A stretch of DNA of 62,492 nt, filler included. It is 9 parts of 9 records of this genome, joined end to end, with 100 filler letters (N's around TTAATTAATTAA, not from the genome) between each part and the next. Parts side by side here need not be neighbours in the genome. Positions count along the whole stretch, not along the records: positions 49,909 to 56,784 come from SRR31156797_78257; positions 56,885 to 62,492 come from SRR31156797_78286; 7 more parts are not named here. One strand, given 5' to 3'. How positions within the stretch are numbered: the stretch's first letter is position 1; each line of letters begins with the position of its first letter. Positions 54,119-62,492 of this stretch are shown one piece after another. Under the pieces are notes generated by a model. It did not search any database, had not been told where the DNA came from, and worked only from the letters and a program-made list of their open reading frames with translations. The position numbers and the translations under genes are program-made.

Positions 54119-54706
54119 ATGTTGTTTAAATCATTCAGATCAAAAAGGCCTTGTCGTTTGCTCAAGGAAGGACCGGACGCCGCCCGTGTAAAAGCAGCCG
54201 CATCACTGGGCCGCATCGGCGGCGCCGAAGCACTGGAGGCCCTGATTCAGGCCCTGCGCATGGACGTCAATCCGGATGTCCGTGAAACAGCGGCTTTATC
54301 CCTGGGCATAATGAAGGACGTTTCGGCAGTGGACGCCTTGGCGTCCACATTGGCCTTTGATTCAGCCGAAGATGTACGGGCCGGCGCGGCCGAAGCTTTA
54401 GGGGAAATAGGGGATGAACGGGCGGTTGACCCTCTTTGTAAAGCCCTGCAGGACAGCCAATCGGTGGTCCGGTCGGACGCGGCCATGGCCCTGGGGGAAA
54501 TAGGTTCAAACAGGGCGGTTGATTCCCTGATTGAGGCTTTGTTGAATGATGAAGATGAAATGGTGCGCGACGATGCTGCAATGGCGCTGGCGGATATCGG
54601 CGATCAAAGGGCCCGGGATGCGCTCGAAAAAGTCGCCCGCGAGGACAGCTCCGAGGAAGTCCGCGAAACCGCTCAGGAAGCCCTGGATGATATGGATGAT
54701 AATTGA
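54119..54706 (+). CDS. PBS-lyase HEAT repeat protein
   Basis: 5-6 repeats of VR..AA.ALGEIGD.RAV..L. Confidence 0.9.
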   Translation: MLFKSFRSKRPCRLLKEGPDAARVKAAASLGRIGGAEALEALIQALRMDVNPDVRETAALSLGIMKDVSAVDALASTLAFDSAEDVRAGAAEALGEIGDERAVDPLCKALQDSQSVVRSDAAMALGEIGSNRAVDSLIEALLNDEDEMVRDDAAMALADIGDQRARDALEKVAREDSSEEVRETAQEALDDMDDN

Positions 54707-54827
54707 ATAGTCAAGGGGCGCCTTTTTGTGCGCCTCCAGTTCCTTCTGCATATAAACTGCTGAAATTGCTGAGGTATGTTGCGCTGTCCCAGCCTGAATC
54801 CACCCGCCGCGAGTCAGGCCCGGGCCG

Positions 54828-56444
54828 TCAAATCATCCGCTGCATTATTGGAATGGAAAGGCATACATTGGAGCCGCGGCCGGGATTTGATTTTATGCTC
54901 AATTCTCCCCCCAGAGAATTCAACCGCTCCCTGATGCTGAACAACCCGAATCCCCCGTTCTGAAAATGTTGTTCGTTAAGCTCTTCCGGATCGAAACCGG
55001 CGCCGTCGTCCCAGACTTCTATGAATAGGACTTCCTGGTCGTTTTGAATTGTAATATCCACTAATGTTGCCGACGAATGTTTCACCACGTTTATAAGAAG
55101 TTCGTATATGGCCCTGAATAGCATAACCCTGATGTCTGTGTCCGCAATTTCGAATTTTATAAAATTCTTTATTTTAATAGTAAGCCCGTATTTATCGGTA
55201 AAGGTTTCAGCCAGCCATTCCAGGGCCGGCAGGAGGCCCAACTCATACAATACCGGGGGGCTCAATTGAATGGTCAAGGTTCTTGTTTCGCTGATCATCT
55301 GATCGATAAGGTTATGAATATCATTGACCGAATCCCTTACTTCAACCGATTGCGTCGACCTGTGAAGCATTTTAAGCTTCAACTTGGATATGGCCAGGGA
55401 CTGGCCTATACGGTCGTGCAGGTCCATGGCGATATGTCTTCGCTCCCGTTCTTCGATCAATGACATTTCCGCGCTCATCTGACGCAGCCTTGACTGGTAG
55501 GTGAACAGTTTTTCCTCAGCCTCTTTTTGTTCGGTTACGTCAAAAAAAATGCCATTGGTATAGAACATCTGATCTTGTTCTTTGGTTAGTCCGCTGCCTA
55601 TTACATGTATCCAGCGCCATTCCTTTTTAATTGAATGATAAATCCTCATGATTTCGTTAAATTCTCGAGTTATCAGTAAACGTTTTTGAGACTCGAGGAT
55701 TCTATCCCAGTCGTCCGGATGTAGGGTTTCAAACCAAGTGTCAAAATTATTCGGATCAACCTCGCCGGACAAATCTATTATTGACGGGCTTACAAATATC
55801 ACCTGAAATAAACTGCTTTTTGTCGGATCGTATTTCAGCCTGAACACTGCAAAATCCCTGGCCGATTCAACCAGGGCCCTTAAATGCTCCTCGCTCTCCC
55901 GCAAGGCGGTTTCAGCCTTTTTTCTTTCTGCTATTTCCTGCTTGAGTTTTTTGTTGGAAGCGGTTAACTCGGCCGTGCGGTCCCGGACGGTTTTTTCAAG
56001 ACCGTTATAAGCATGGCGCAAAGCATCTTCGGCCGCCCTGCGTTCATCGTCAATTTTGGCTACGTAAAGGGCCACTTCTATTGTGGCTTTAAGATCGCTT
56101 ATTTTGACCGGCTTAACGATATAGCCGTACGGTTGAGCGGCTTTGGCCCTTTTAATTTTAAATTCGTCGCCGTACGCTGTAACAAATACGACCGGGGCGC
56201 CCGTTTCTTCCCTTATGATTTCAGCCGCCTCTATTCCATCCAAATCACCGCCCAATATAATATCCATCAATATCAGGTCCGGCCGCTCCTTGCGAGCAAG
56301 ATCGATGGCTTCTTCTCCGCTGGTGACCATTGTACATATTTCATAGCCTGAATTCTCGAGCCTTTCCTTCAGGCTGGAGGCGATAATTACTTCATCCTCA
56401 ACTATCATCAGTCTGGGCCGGAATTGCCTGTCCTCTTCATCCAT
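54828..56444 (-). CDS. Hybrid receiver-PAS-histidine kinase (HisKA_3/NarX-type)
   Basis: IVEDE, LILMDI, KP receiver; LHPDD PAS; ERRHIAMDLHD H-box, NVVKHS, DDGAGF, GFGL. Confidence 0.9.
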   Translation of the reverse strand: MDEEDRQFRPRLMIVEDEVIIASSLKERLENSGYEICTMVTSGEEAIDLARKERPDLILMDIILGGDLDGIEAAEIIREETGAPVVFVTAYGDEFKIKRAKAAQPYGYIVKPVKISDLKATIEVALYVAKIDDERRAAEDALRHAYNGLEKTVRDRTAELTASNKKLKQEIAERKKAETALRESEEHLRALVESARDFAVFRLKYDPTKSSLFQVIFVSPSIIDLSGEVDPNNFDTWFETLHPDDWDRILESQKRLLITREFNEIMRIYHSIKKEWRWIHVIGSGLTKEQDQMFYTNGIFFDVTEQKEAEEKLFTYQSRLRQMSAEMSLIEERERRHIAMDLHDRIGQSLAISKLKLKMLHRSTQSVEVRDSVNDIHNLIDQMISETRTLTIQLSPPVLYELGLLPALEWLAETFTDKYGLTIKIKNFIKFEIADTDIRVMLFRAIYELLINVVKHSSATLVDITIQNDQEVLFIEVWDDGAGFDPEELNEQHFQNGGFGLFSIRERLNSLGGELSIKSNPGRGSNVCLSIPIMQRMI

Positions 56445-56758
56445 TAGTAGGCGCCCCGCTATCTTGTTAAAGAGGTTGCTAAAATCAGAATTAAATTCAT
56501 GCTCCCTACCCGGAGTATATAGTAAATTTATCTTCATGGCGAGTAGCTGAGCTACATCTATAGCGCAGCTTACTTTTTGAATGAACAAAACTTTCGAGAT
56601 GTCACCAGTTATCGAGCCAGGCTTTGTTCGTTATGAGATGTTAGATTATGCTTTCTTTACGGACCGGGTTTCAGCTTGCTGCAATTTTCATGGCATGTTT
56701 TTGTTATGATAGCCCGTAGCTTTCTACGGGGAGCTTCATTGAAGAATATCATTCTATT

Positions 56759-56784
56759 GTAGGGGCGCCCCCCTGTGGGCGCCC
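56759..56784 (+). repeat. GTAG-type REP element at the contig end
   Basis: GTAG-GGGCGCCC-CCCTGT-GGGCGCCC hairpin. Confidence 0.6.
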
Positions 56785-56884
56785 NNNNNNNNNNNNNNNN
56801 NNNNNNNNNNNNNNNNNNNNNNNNNNNNTTAATTAATTAANNNNNNNNNNNNNNNNNNNNNNNNNNNNNNNNNNNNNNNNNNNN
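56785..56884. other. Artificial contig spacer
   Basis: N44-ttaattaattaa-N44. Confidence 0.99.
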
Positions 56885-57641
56885 ATCCATGGTTTCGGAC
56901 CTCCTTATTGCCTTTGTCGTCGCGTTCTTTCCAATGGAGTCCGCATTCTTTGTGTTCGGGCTGCTCCCACCACCAGCGGCCGGAGCGGATGTCATCGTCC
57001 GGAGCGACCGCTCTCGTGCACGGCGCGCAGCCGATGCTCGGATAGCCGGCGTCGTGGAGCTTGTTATACGGAACGTTGTTTTCCTTGATGTAATCCCAGA
57101 CCTGCTCGGTGGTCCAATCGGCCAGGGGCGAGAGCTTTAGCAGACCGAATGTCTCGTCCCATTCGGCGCGTTGAAGATCGGTCCGCGTCAGCGACTGCTC
57201 GGCGCGCAAGCCGCAGATCCACGCCTGGAGGTTGCTCAGCATGCGCTTCAACGGCTCAACCTTGCGGATGCGGCAGCAGAGTTTGCGCGCCTCGACGCTC
57301 TCATAGAAGAGATTCGGGCCGCGCGCATTGACCATCTCCTCGACCTGCTCCCGATCGGGGAACAAGATGTTGATCTGGATGCCGTACTTCTGGCGCGTGG
57401 CCATGATGACCTCGTACGTCTCCTCGGGCAGCCGGCCCGTGTCCAGCGTGAAGATCCTGGGCTGGTCGCAGACCTGGCAGAGCATGTCCGTCAGCACCTG
57501 GTCCTCGGCGCCGAAACTGGAGGCCAGCGCGCTTTTGTCGCCGAAACGCTCCAGTACATGCGCGAGCAGTTGCCGCGCGTCGAGCCCGCCGGTCGCCTCG
57601 GCCAGTTCTGCCACCAGAGGATGATGGCTTTCGTCGCTCAT
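56885..57641 (-). CDS. cysH: Assimilatory APS reductase ([4Fe-4S]-type CysH); stop codon not visible
   Basis: SSFGAED, LDTG, CCRIRKVEPL, SIGCAPCT, RSGRWWWE, ECGLH; a strong RBS plus ATG of a next gene (possibly cysD) at 56890. Confidence 0.92.
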
Positions 57642-59404
57642 GGCTTCTTCTCCACGATCAGTCCGGCTTTCTTCATGGAGATGGCCTCCGTCGGGCAGAC
57701 GCGCAAACACTTGCCGCAACGAATGCACTCGTCGCTGTCGATCCAGATGTAGGTGGCCTCGTGTGCCAGGTTGGCCTCGACGACGGTCTCGACGACGCCG
57801 TCTTCGTCGTAGAAGATACGCGAAACACGTTTGATGCAGTCGCGCGGGGCGGCCTGGATGCACCAATCGCAGTGGATGCACTTGTCCTGATCGATCTCAA
57901 ACTTGTAGTGACAGAAATAGCAGCGCAAGGCATTGGTCTGCGCCCCGTCCGATGTGAAACCGGTCTCAACTTCTTCGTTGTCTTCGGCTCGTTTCGGTAC
58001 GGGGGTCAGGGGCATGCCACAACTGGGAATGATGTCATGATCGCGCACGCGGCCCGTGTCGCCATCGTTGTCGATGGTCTGGATCTCCACCACGTCGCGC
58101 AGACGGTCCTGACCCATCAGGAACGCGTCCATTTCGCGGGCCACGGCCTTGCCATTGGCCACGGCCTTGATCACGTTGTCGCTGCCCGTAGCGAAATCGC
58201 CCGCGGCAAAGACCTTGGCATCGCTGGTCTTGAAGCCCTCCGTCAGTGAGACGCCCGCGGGCAGGATTTCGAATTCCTGGGTCTGTCCGATGGCGACAAT
58301 CAGGTGCGTGCACGGCACCTCGAAGGCACTGTCCGGCACGGGCACGATCTTGACCTTGCCGTTCTCGGTGCCCGGGGCGACCATATTGCGTGTGAATGTG
58401 ACTGACTTGAGCTTGCCGTCCTCGGCTTCGCCGGCGACTGGCGTCGCCAAGGTTCGGATCGTGATATTCTCGCGGCTGATCTCTTCAAGCTCGTCTTTGT
58501 TGGCGGCCATAAACTGCTCGGTGCGGCGGTACACAATCGTCACGTCATTTGCTTCTCCGAGCAGGCGCCGCGCGGCGCGGGCGCTGGAGCGCGAACAGTC
58601 CACGGCCGTGAACCCGCCCCCGATGACGACGACGTCGCCTTCCAGACTCGCAATATTTCCGGTGTTGTACTGGGCCATGAAGTCCAGGCCGGAGATGATC
58701 GCGTCCGGGGGCACGCCCGGGATCTCCAGAGGCCTGACCTTCATGGTACCCGCGGCGATGCAGACGGCGTCGTATTCGTCGATCAATTGCTGTAACTTGG
58801 CGCTGTCCACATCGGCGCCCGTATGCGCCTCGACGCCGGTCTTGAGAATGAGGCCGATCTCTCTCTCCACCACGTCCACGGGGAGTCGAAATCGGGGGAT
58901 ACCGTAGCGCATCATGCCGCCGAGATGCTCCTGGCGTTCGAACAGAGTGACCTCATGGCCCAGGCGCTTCAGCTCGCGGGCGGCGGTGAGTCCCGCCGGG
59001 CCGCCGCCGACCACGGCAATTTTTTTGCCGGAAGCGCCGAGGTAGGGGGCCGGCGGCTCGGCTTTGTCACGAACAGCGTCTGCCGCCGAGCGCTTCAAAT
59101 GGCAGATCGTTACGGGGCCGTTGACGTTGGTCCAGTTGTGTCGGCACCGATCCTCACATGGACGGGTGCAGATGCGTCCCAGCACGCCCGGGAAAACGTT
59201 GCACTCCAGATTGACGCGATACGACGCCTCGGCATCACCTTGGGCCAGGTGCTCGATGTAAAGCGGGACATTGGTCTTGGCCGGGCAGGCCTCCTGGCAG
59301 GGGATGTCCTTGGCAATGATCTTCTTATCACCCGGCGCGGCGACGTTGCCTTCCTCTGCCGAATACTCGTGGACACCTGGTGCTTTCTTGTACTCGTATT
59401 TCAT
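57638..59404 (-). CDS. GltD/DsrL-like FAD/NAD(P)H oxidoreductase with N- and C-terminal FeS domains
   Basis: CQEACP...GRICTRPCEDRC, GGGPAG (FAD), GIPRFRLP, GGGFTAVD plus YRR, RCYFC, CIHCDWC, CIRCGKCLRVCP. Confidence 0.88.
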   Translation of the reverse strand: MKYEYKKAPGVHEYSAEEGNVAAPGDKKIIAKDIPCQEACPAKTNVPLYIEHLAQGDAEASYRVNLECNVFPGVLGRICTRPCEDRCRHNWTNVNGPVTICHLKRSAADAVRDKAEPPAPYLGASGKKIAVVGGGPAGLTAARELKRLGHEVTLFERQEHLGGMMRYGIPRFRLPVDVVEREIGLILKTGVEAHTGADVDSAKLQQLIDEYDAVCIAAGTMKVRPLEIPGVPPDAIISGLDFMAQYNTGNIASLEGDVVVIGGGFTAVDCSRSSARAARRLLGEANDVTIVYRRTEQFMAANKDELEEISRENITIRTLATPVAGEAEDGKLKSVTFTRNMVAPGTENGKVKIVPVPDSAFEVPCTHLIVAIGQTQEFEILPAGVSLTEGFKTSDAKVFAAGDFATGSDNVIKAVANGKAVAREMDAFLMGQDRLRDVVEIQTIDNDGDTGRVRDHDIIPSCGMPLTPVPKRAEDNEEVETGFTSDGAQTNALRCYFCHYKFEIDQDKCIHCDWCIQAAPRDCIKRVSRIFYDEDGVVETVVEANLAHEATYIWIDSDECIRCGKCLRVCPTEAISMKKAGLIVEKKP

Positions 59405-60981
59405 GAATGAACAGCCTCCCGGAATGGCTCGATACCAACGCGATTAACGCAGGCGGTCAGTGTCTCATCGCTGTCGCGGAGCGATTGAAAGGTCTGCAAC
59501 ACGGTTTCGACGATGGCCGGGCAATCCTGCACCTTGAAGTCTCCGAGCTTCTGCCCGTGCGCCTTCTGATCGCCCCCGATGAGCATCTCATATCCTTCGA
59601 CCGAGCCCTGCTCCTGGCGAAGGCGCATGCCGCGGAAGCCGATGTCCGTGATACGATAAGGCGAACAGGAATTCGGACAGCCCGTGATGTTGATCGTGAC
59701 ATACTCGTCGATATCCCTGAACTTGTCCTGGGAAACGACCGGCAGGAGCAGGTCGAACAGATCCCGGGTTGTGGAGACGGCCTTGGGGCAATAGGTCTTG
59801 CCCACACAGGGGACGATATCGCGTAGACCGGAGACGCCATCGGTGAACAGGCCCAGCTTATGCACTTCATCACGGGCGGCCTGGACCTTTTCCGGCTCGA
59901 TCCCGTGCAATTCCAGGTTCTGACGGTTGGTGGTGTACACGCGCTGGTCGCCATACATCTCCGAAAGCTCGGCCACGCGTCGCAACTGCGCCGCTGTCAT
60001 CTCGCCTTTCGGAATCCGGATGCGCACCACCGCCGGGCCTTGTATCTTTTCGATTTCGCTGTCGACCAGGGGACGGGAGGGCGCGGGCGGTCCAATGGCC
60101 TCAACGGGGTCCGTGAGTATCCCGTCCGTGGACACCCCTTCTTTGCGCAGATTCTCCAGCACGATACGTCGGCATTCCTCGACGCCTTTGCGATGGACCA
60201 CGAATTTCAGCCGGGCCTTGGAGCGGTTGTAGCGGTCCCCGTGGTCGCGGAACAGCAAACCCACGGCTCGGGCCACCGCCACCATCCTGTCCTTCGGTAC
60301 GAAAGAGAACAGGTCCTGGGCGACGAAGCCCTGCCAGCCCATGCCACCGCCGATCACCGCCTTGAATCCGGTTTCTTCCTGGCCCTCGATCCGGCAGCGA
60401 ATCGCCATGATGCCGAGGCAGTTCATATAGGGCTGGGCGCAGCCGGCGGTACAGCCGGACCAGTTGATCTTGTACTTGCGGGGCAGATTGTCCAGGTCCC
60501 GACAGCTCGCGATAAACCGGGCGCATTCAATGGCATAGGGGCGCACGTCGAAGACGCGGTGCGGGCAGTTATCGGCCATCTGGCAGGCCGCGACGTTGCG
60601 CGCCACGTCCCCGCACCCGTGCAGGGTGGAGACCCCTTCTTCCCGCAGCTCGCGCAGCATCAGCGGCACGTTCTTAACCTTGACCCAGTGATACTGCAAC
60701 GCCGTGCGGGTGGTGATGTTGATATTGCCCTGGGCATAATGCTCGGCCGTCTCGGCGATCTGGCGGGCCTGAGCGGCCGTGATGACGCCACCGGGGATGG
60801 CCATGCGGGTCATGAGGTTGCCCGGCTGCCGGGAGCCGTACACGCCGTACCATTTGGCGATCAGGCCCTCCTCCTTCGACATGCTGCCTTTCTTGGCAAT
60901 CTCGTCGAAGTCGATGTGCAGCCCGGCGGCTTTGATCTCCTCATCCTCACTGACACGCTTGAAGGTAAGCTGGCGTTGCAT
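59401..60981 (-). CDS. Siroheme sulfite/nitrite reductase (NirA/Sir-like hemoprotein)
   Basis: TTRTALQYH, LPRKYK, TNRQNL, CVGKTYC...GCPNSC; located in a cys operon. Confidence 0.9.
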   Translation of the reverse strand: MQRQLTFKRVSEDEEIKAAGLHIDFDEIAKKGSMSKEEGLIAKWYGVYGSRQPGNLMTRMAIPGGVITAAQARQIAETAEHYAQGNINITTRTALQYHWVKVKNVPLMLRELREEGVSTLHGCGDVARNVAACQMADNCPHRVFDVRPYAIECARFIASCRDLDNLPRKYKINWSGCTAGCAQPYMNCLGIMAIRCRIEGQEETGFKAVIGGGMGWQGFVAQDLFSFVPKDRMVAVARAVGLLFRDHGDRYNRSKARLKFVVHRKGVEECRRIVLENLRKEGVSTDGILTDPVEAIGPPAPSRPLVDSEIEKIQGPAVVRIRIPKGEMTAAQLRRVAELSEMYGDQRVYTTNRQNLELHGIEPEKVQAARDEVHKLGLFTDGVSGLRDIVPCVGKTYCPKAVSTTRDLFDLLLPVVSQDKFRDIDEYVTINITGCPNSCSPYRITDIGFRGMRLRQEQGSVEGYEMLIGGDQKAHGQKLGDFKVQDCPAIVETVLQTFQSLRDSDETLTACVNRVGIEPFREAVHS

Positions 60982-60984
60982 GCC

Positions 60985-61914
60985 CTAATCCTCGTAATAC
61001 AGCAGCGTTGACAAATAGCGTTCGCTCGTATCGCACATGATCGTCACGATACGCTTTCCTTTGTTCTCAGGCCGTTTCGCGACCTCGCGAGCGGCAAAGG
61101 CGTTGGCGCCGGCGGAGATTCCCACCAGGAGTCCTTCGAGTCGGATCAGGTCCTTGGCTGCCGCAATCGCATCCTGGCTCCTAACCTTGACTACCTCGTC
61201 GATGACATCCCGGTTCAGGATATCAGGAACGAAGCCGGCGCCAATCCCCTGTATCATGTGTGGGCCTGCCTCCTCGCCCGACAGCACGGCCGATTCATGG
61301 GGTTCCACGGCCACGACGCGGATGTCCGGGTTCTTTTCCTTGAAGAACTGTCCACTGCCTGTGACCGTGCCGCCGGTCCCGACGCCCGCCACAAAAACGT
61401 CCAGCCGCTCCCCGGTATCGCGCCAGATTTCAGCGGCGGTGGTCTGGTAGTGGATCTGTGGGTTGGCTTGGTTCATGAATTGCTGTGGCACGAAACTGCG
61501 GGGGATCTTATCTGCGAGTTGCCGGGCATGATCGACGGCGCCTTCCATGCCCTCCTGGGCCGGGGTCAGCACCAGTTCGGCGCCGAGGCCCTGCGCGATC
61601 TTGCGTCGCTCAACGCTCATCGATTCCGGCATGACCAGAATGATCGCATAGCCCTTGACCGCCGCGACCATGGCCAGGCCGATTCCGGTGTTGCCCGAGG
61701 TGGGTTCGATGATCGTGGATCCCTCCGTGAGCAGGCCTTGCGCTTCGGCCGCTTCGATCATGGCCAGGGCGATCCGGTCCTTCACACTCGCGCCGGGATT
61801 GTACGCCTCCATTTTGACCACCAGTTCGGCATCCACATCTGCGGCGAATCGGTTCAATCGGATCAGCGGCGTGTTGCCGATCACTTCACATACGTTGGCA
61901 TGAATGGTTTCCAC
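60985..61914 (-). CDS. cysK: Cysteine synthase A
   Basis: IGNTPL, NPGASVKDR (PLP Lys), EPTSGNTG, GVGTGGT, HMIQGIG. Confidence 0.95.
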   Translation of the reverse strand: METIHANVCEVIGNTPLIRLNRFAADVDAELVVKMEAYNPGASVKDRIALAMIEAAEAQGLLTEGSTIIEPTSGNTGIGLAMVAAVKGYAIILVMPESMSVERRKIAQGLGAELVLTPAQEGMEGAVDHARQLADKIPRSFVPQQFMNQANPQIHYQTTAAEIWRDTGERLDVFVAGVGTGGTVTGSGQFFKEKNPDIRVVAVEPHESAVLSGEEAGPHMIQGIGAGFVPDILNRDVIDEVVKVRSQDAIAAAKDLIRLEGLLVGISAGANAFAAREVAKRPENKGKRIVTIMCDTSERYLSTLLYYED

Positions 61915-61949
61915 CGTGCATCCTTCCCAGCAGTTTGACCCAGAGCGCA

Positions 61950-62492
61950 TCAGATGGCACTGAGGCCGCGGTCCAGGTCTTCGATTAGATCATCGCTGTG
62001 TTCGAGGCCTACCGAGACTCGCACGGTTCCCTCCTTGATCCCGGCCTCCCGTCGGGCCTGTTCCGACATCGATGTGTGGCTCATATACCAGGGCGACTCA
62101 ATCAGGGATTCGACCCCTCCCAGCGATTCGGCCAGGCTGAAATAGTGCAGGGCGCCAAAGAACGTGTCCAATTGGTTTTTGTTTGCGTCGACCTCAAATG
62201 TCACCATCCCGCCGAATCCTGTCATTTGTTTCTTCGCCAGTTCGATCTGGGGATGCGACTCCAGGCCGGGGTAGTATGTGTGTTTGACTTTGGAATGGTT
62301 GCTCAAGTATGTTGCGATCTTCTCGGCACTGGCCGCATGGGCCTCCATACGCTGGGCCAGCGATCGCACGCCGCGCAGGACCAGCCAGGCATCCCAGGGA
62401 GACTCCGTGAGCCCGCAGGCATTGGTGATGAAGGCCACCTTTTCATCCAGGTCCGGCCGGTTCGTTACGATCGCACCGCCCACGACATCGCT
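61950..62492 (-). CDS. Cystathionine gamma-synthase/lyase family PLP enzyme, 3' fragment
   Basis: SDVVGG, LVLRG, YYPGL, GFGGM, AESLGGVESL, RVSVGLE. Confidence 0.9.
   Translation of the reverse strand, partial: SDVVGGAIVTNRPDLDEKVAFITNACGLTESPWDAWLVLRGVRSLAQRMEAHAASAEKIATYLSNHSKVKHTYYPGLESHPQIELAKKQMTGFGGMVTFEVDANKNQLDTFFGALHYFSLAESLGGVESLIESPWYMSHTSMSEQARREAGIKEGTVRVSVGLEHSDDLIEDLDRGLSAI

Noticed and set aside
1-62492. CRISPR arrays, IS elements, prophage or defence genes, Sec/Pyl read-through
   Set aside because: No regularly spaced repeats, transposase, integrase or phage motifs, and no in-frame stop splitting a recognisable gene

Overview
This window is not one genome. It is nine unrelated metagenomic contigs joined by 100-nt spacers (N44-TTAATTAATTAA-N44), so gene adjacency across spacers is meaningless. 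Taxonomy is inferred from gene content and composition. Contigs: (1) 1-5587, Bacteroidota-like: ABC ATPase, ABC permease-M1 aminopeptidase fusion, end of a T9SS cargo gene. (2) 5688-11107, Methanosarcinaceae-like archaeon: DUF373, mptE, ileS, FGE-domain lipoprotein. (3) 11208-19500, Bacteroidota: giant HYR-repeat protein and pncB. (4) 19601-30675, GC-rich alphaproteobacterium: tRNA-Ala 3' end, methyltransferases, LonC-like protease, zincin, PCD, two DMTs, MFS, DinB, quinone oxidoreductase, TrmH. (5) 30776-36691, Desulfobacterota-like: 3-hydroxyacyl-CoA dehydrogenase, gingipain-like C25 protease, NifA-like activator. (6) 36792-44405, Bacteroidota: porU-porV-ispF cluster. (7) 44506-49808, Desulfobulbales-like: permease, crotonase, Ysc84, YdcF, sigma54-driven cupin, start of hcp. 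(8) 49909-56784, Desulfobacterota-like: PadR/flavoprotein-SCP2/SCP2-membrane/DUF6125 cluster, HEAT protein, hybrid kinase, REP. (9) 56885-62492: assimilatory sulfate-reduction operon. Best leads: a GltD/DsrL-like flavo-FeS protein coupled between APS reductase and a sulfite reductase that keeps Cys motifs in both halves; a complete sigma54 promoter (three GT-N7-AC-like enhancers, IHF site, -24/-12) plus an FNR/HcpR box in a cupin-hcp locus; the ABC-M1 peptidase fusion; the dual-SCP2 PadR operon; and a non-T9SS gingipain with a short C-terminal tag. I found no CRISPR array, integrase, transposase or phage gene.
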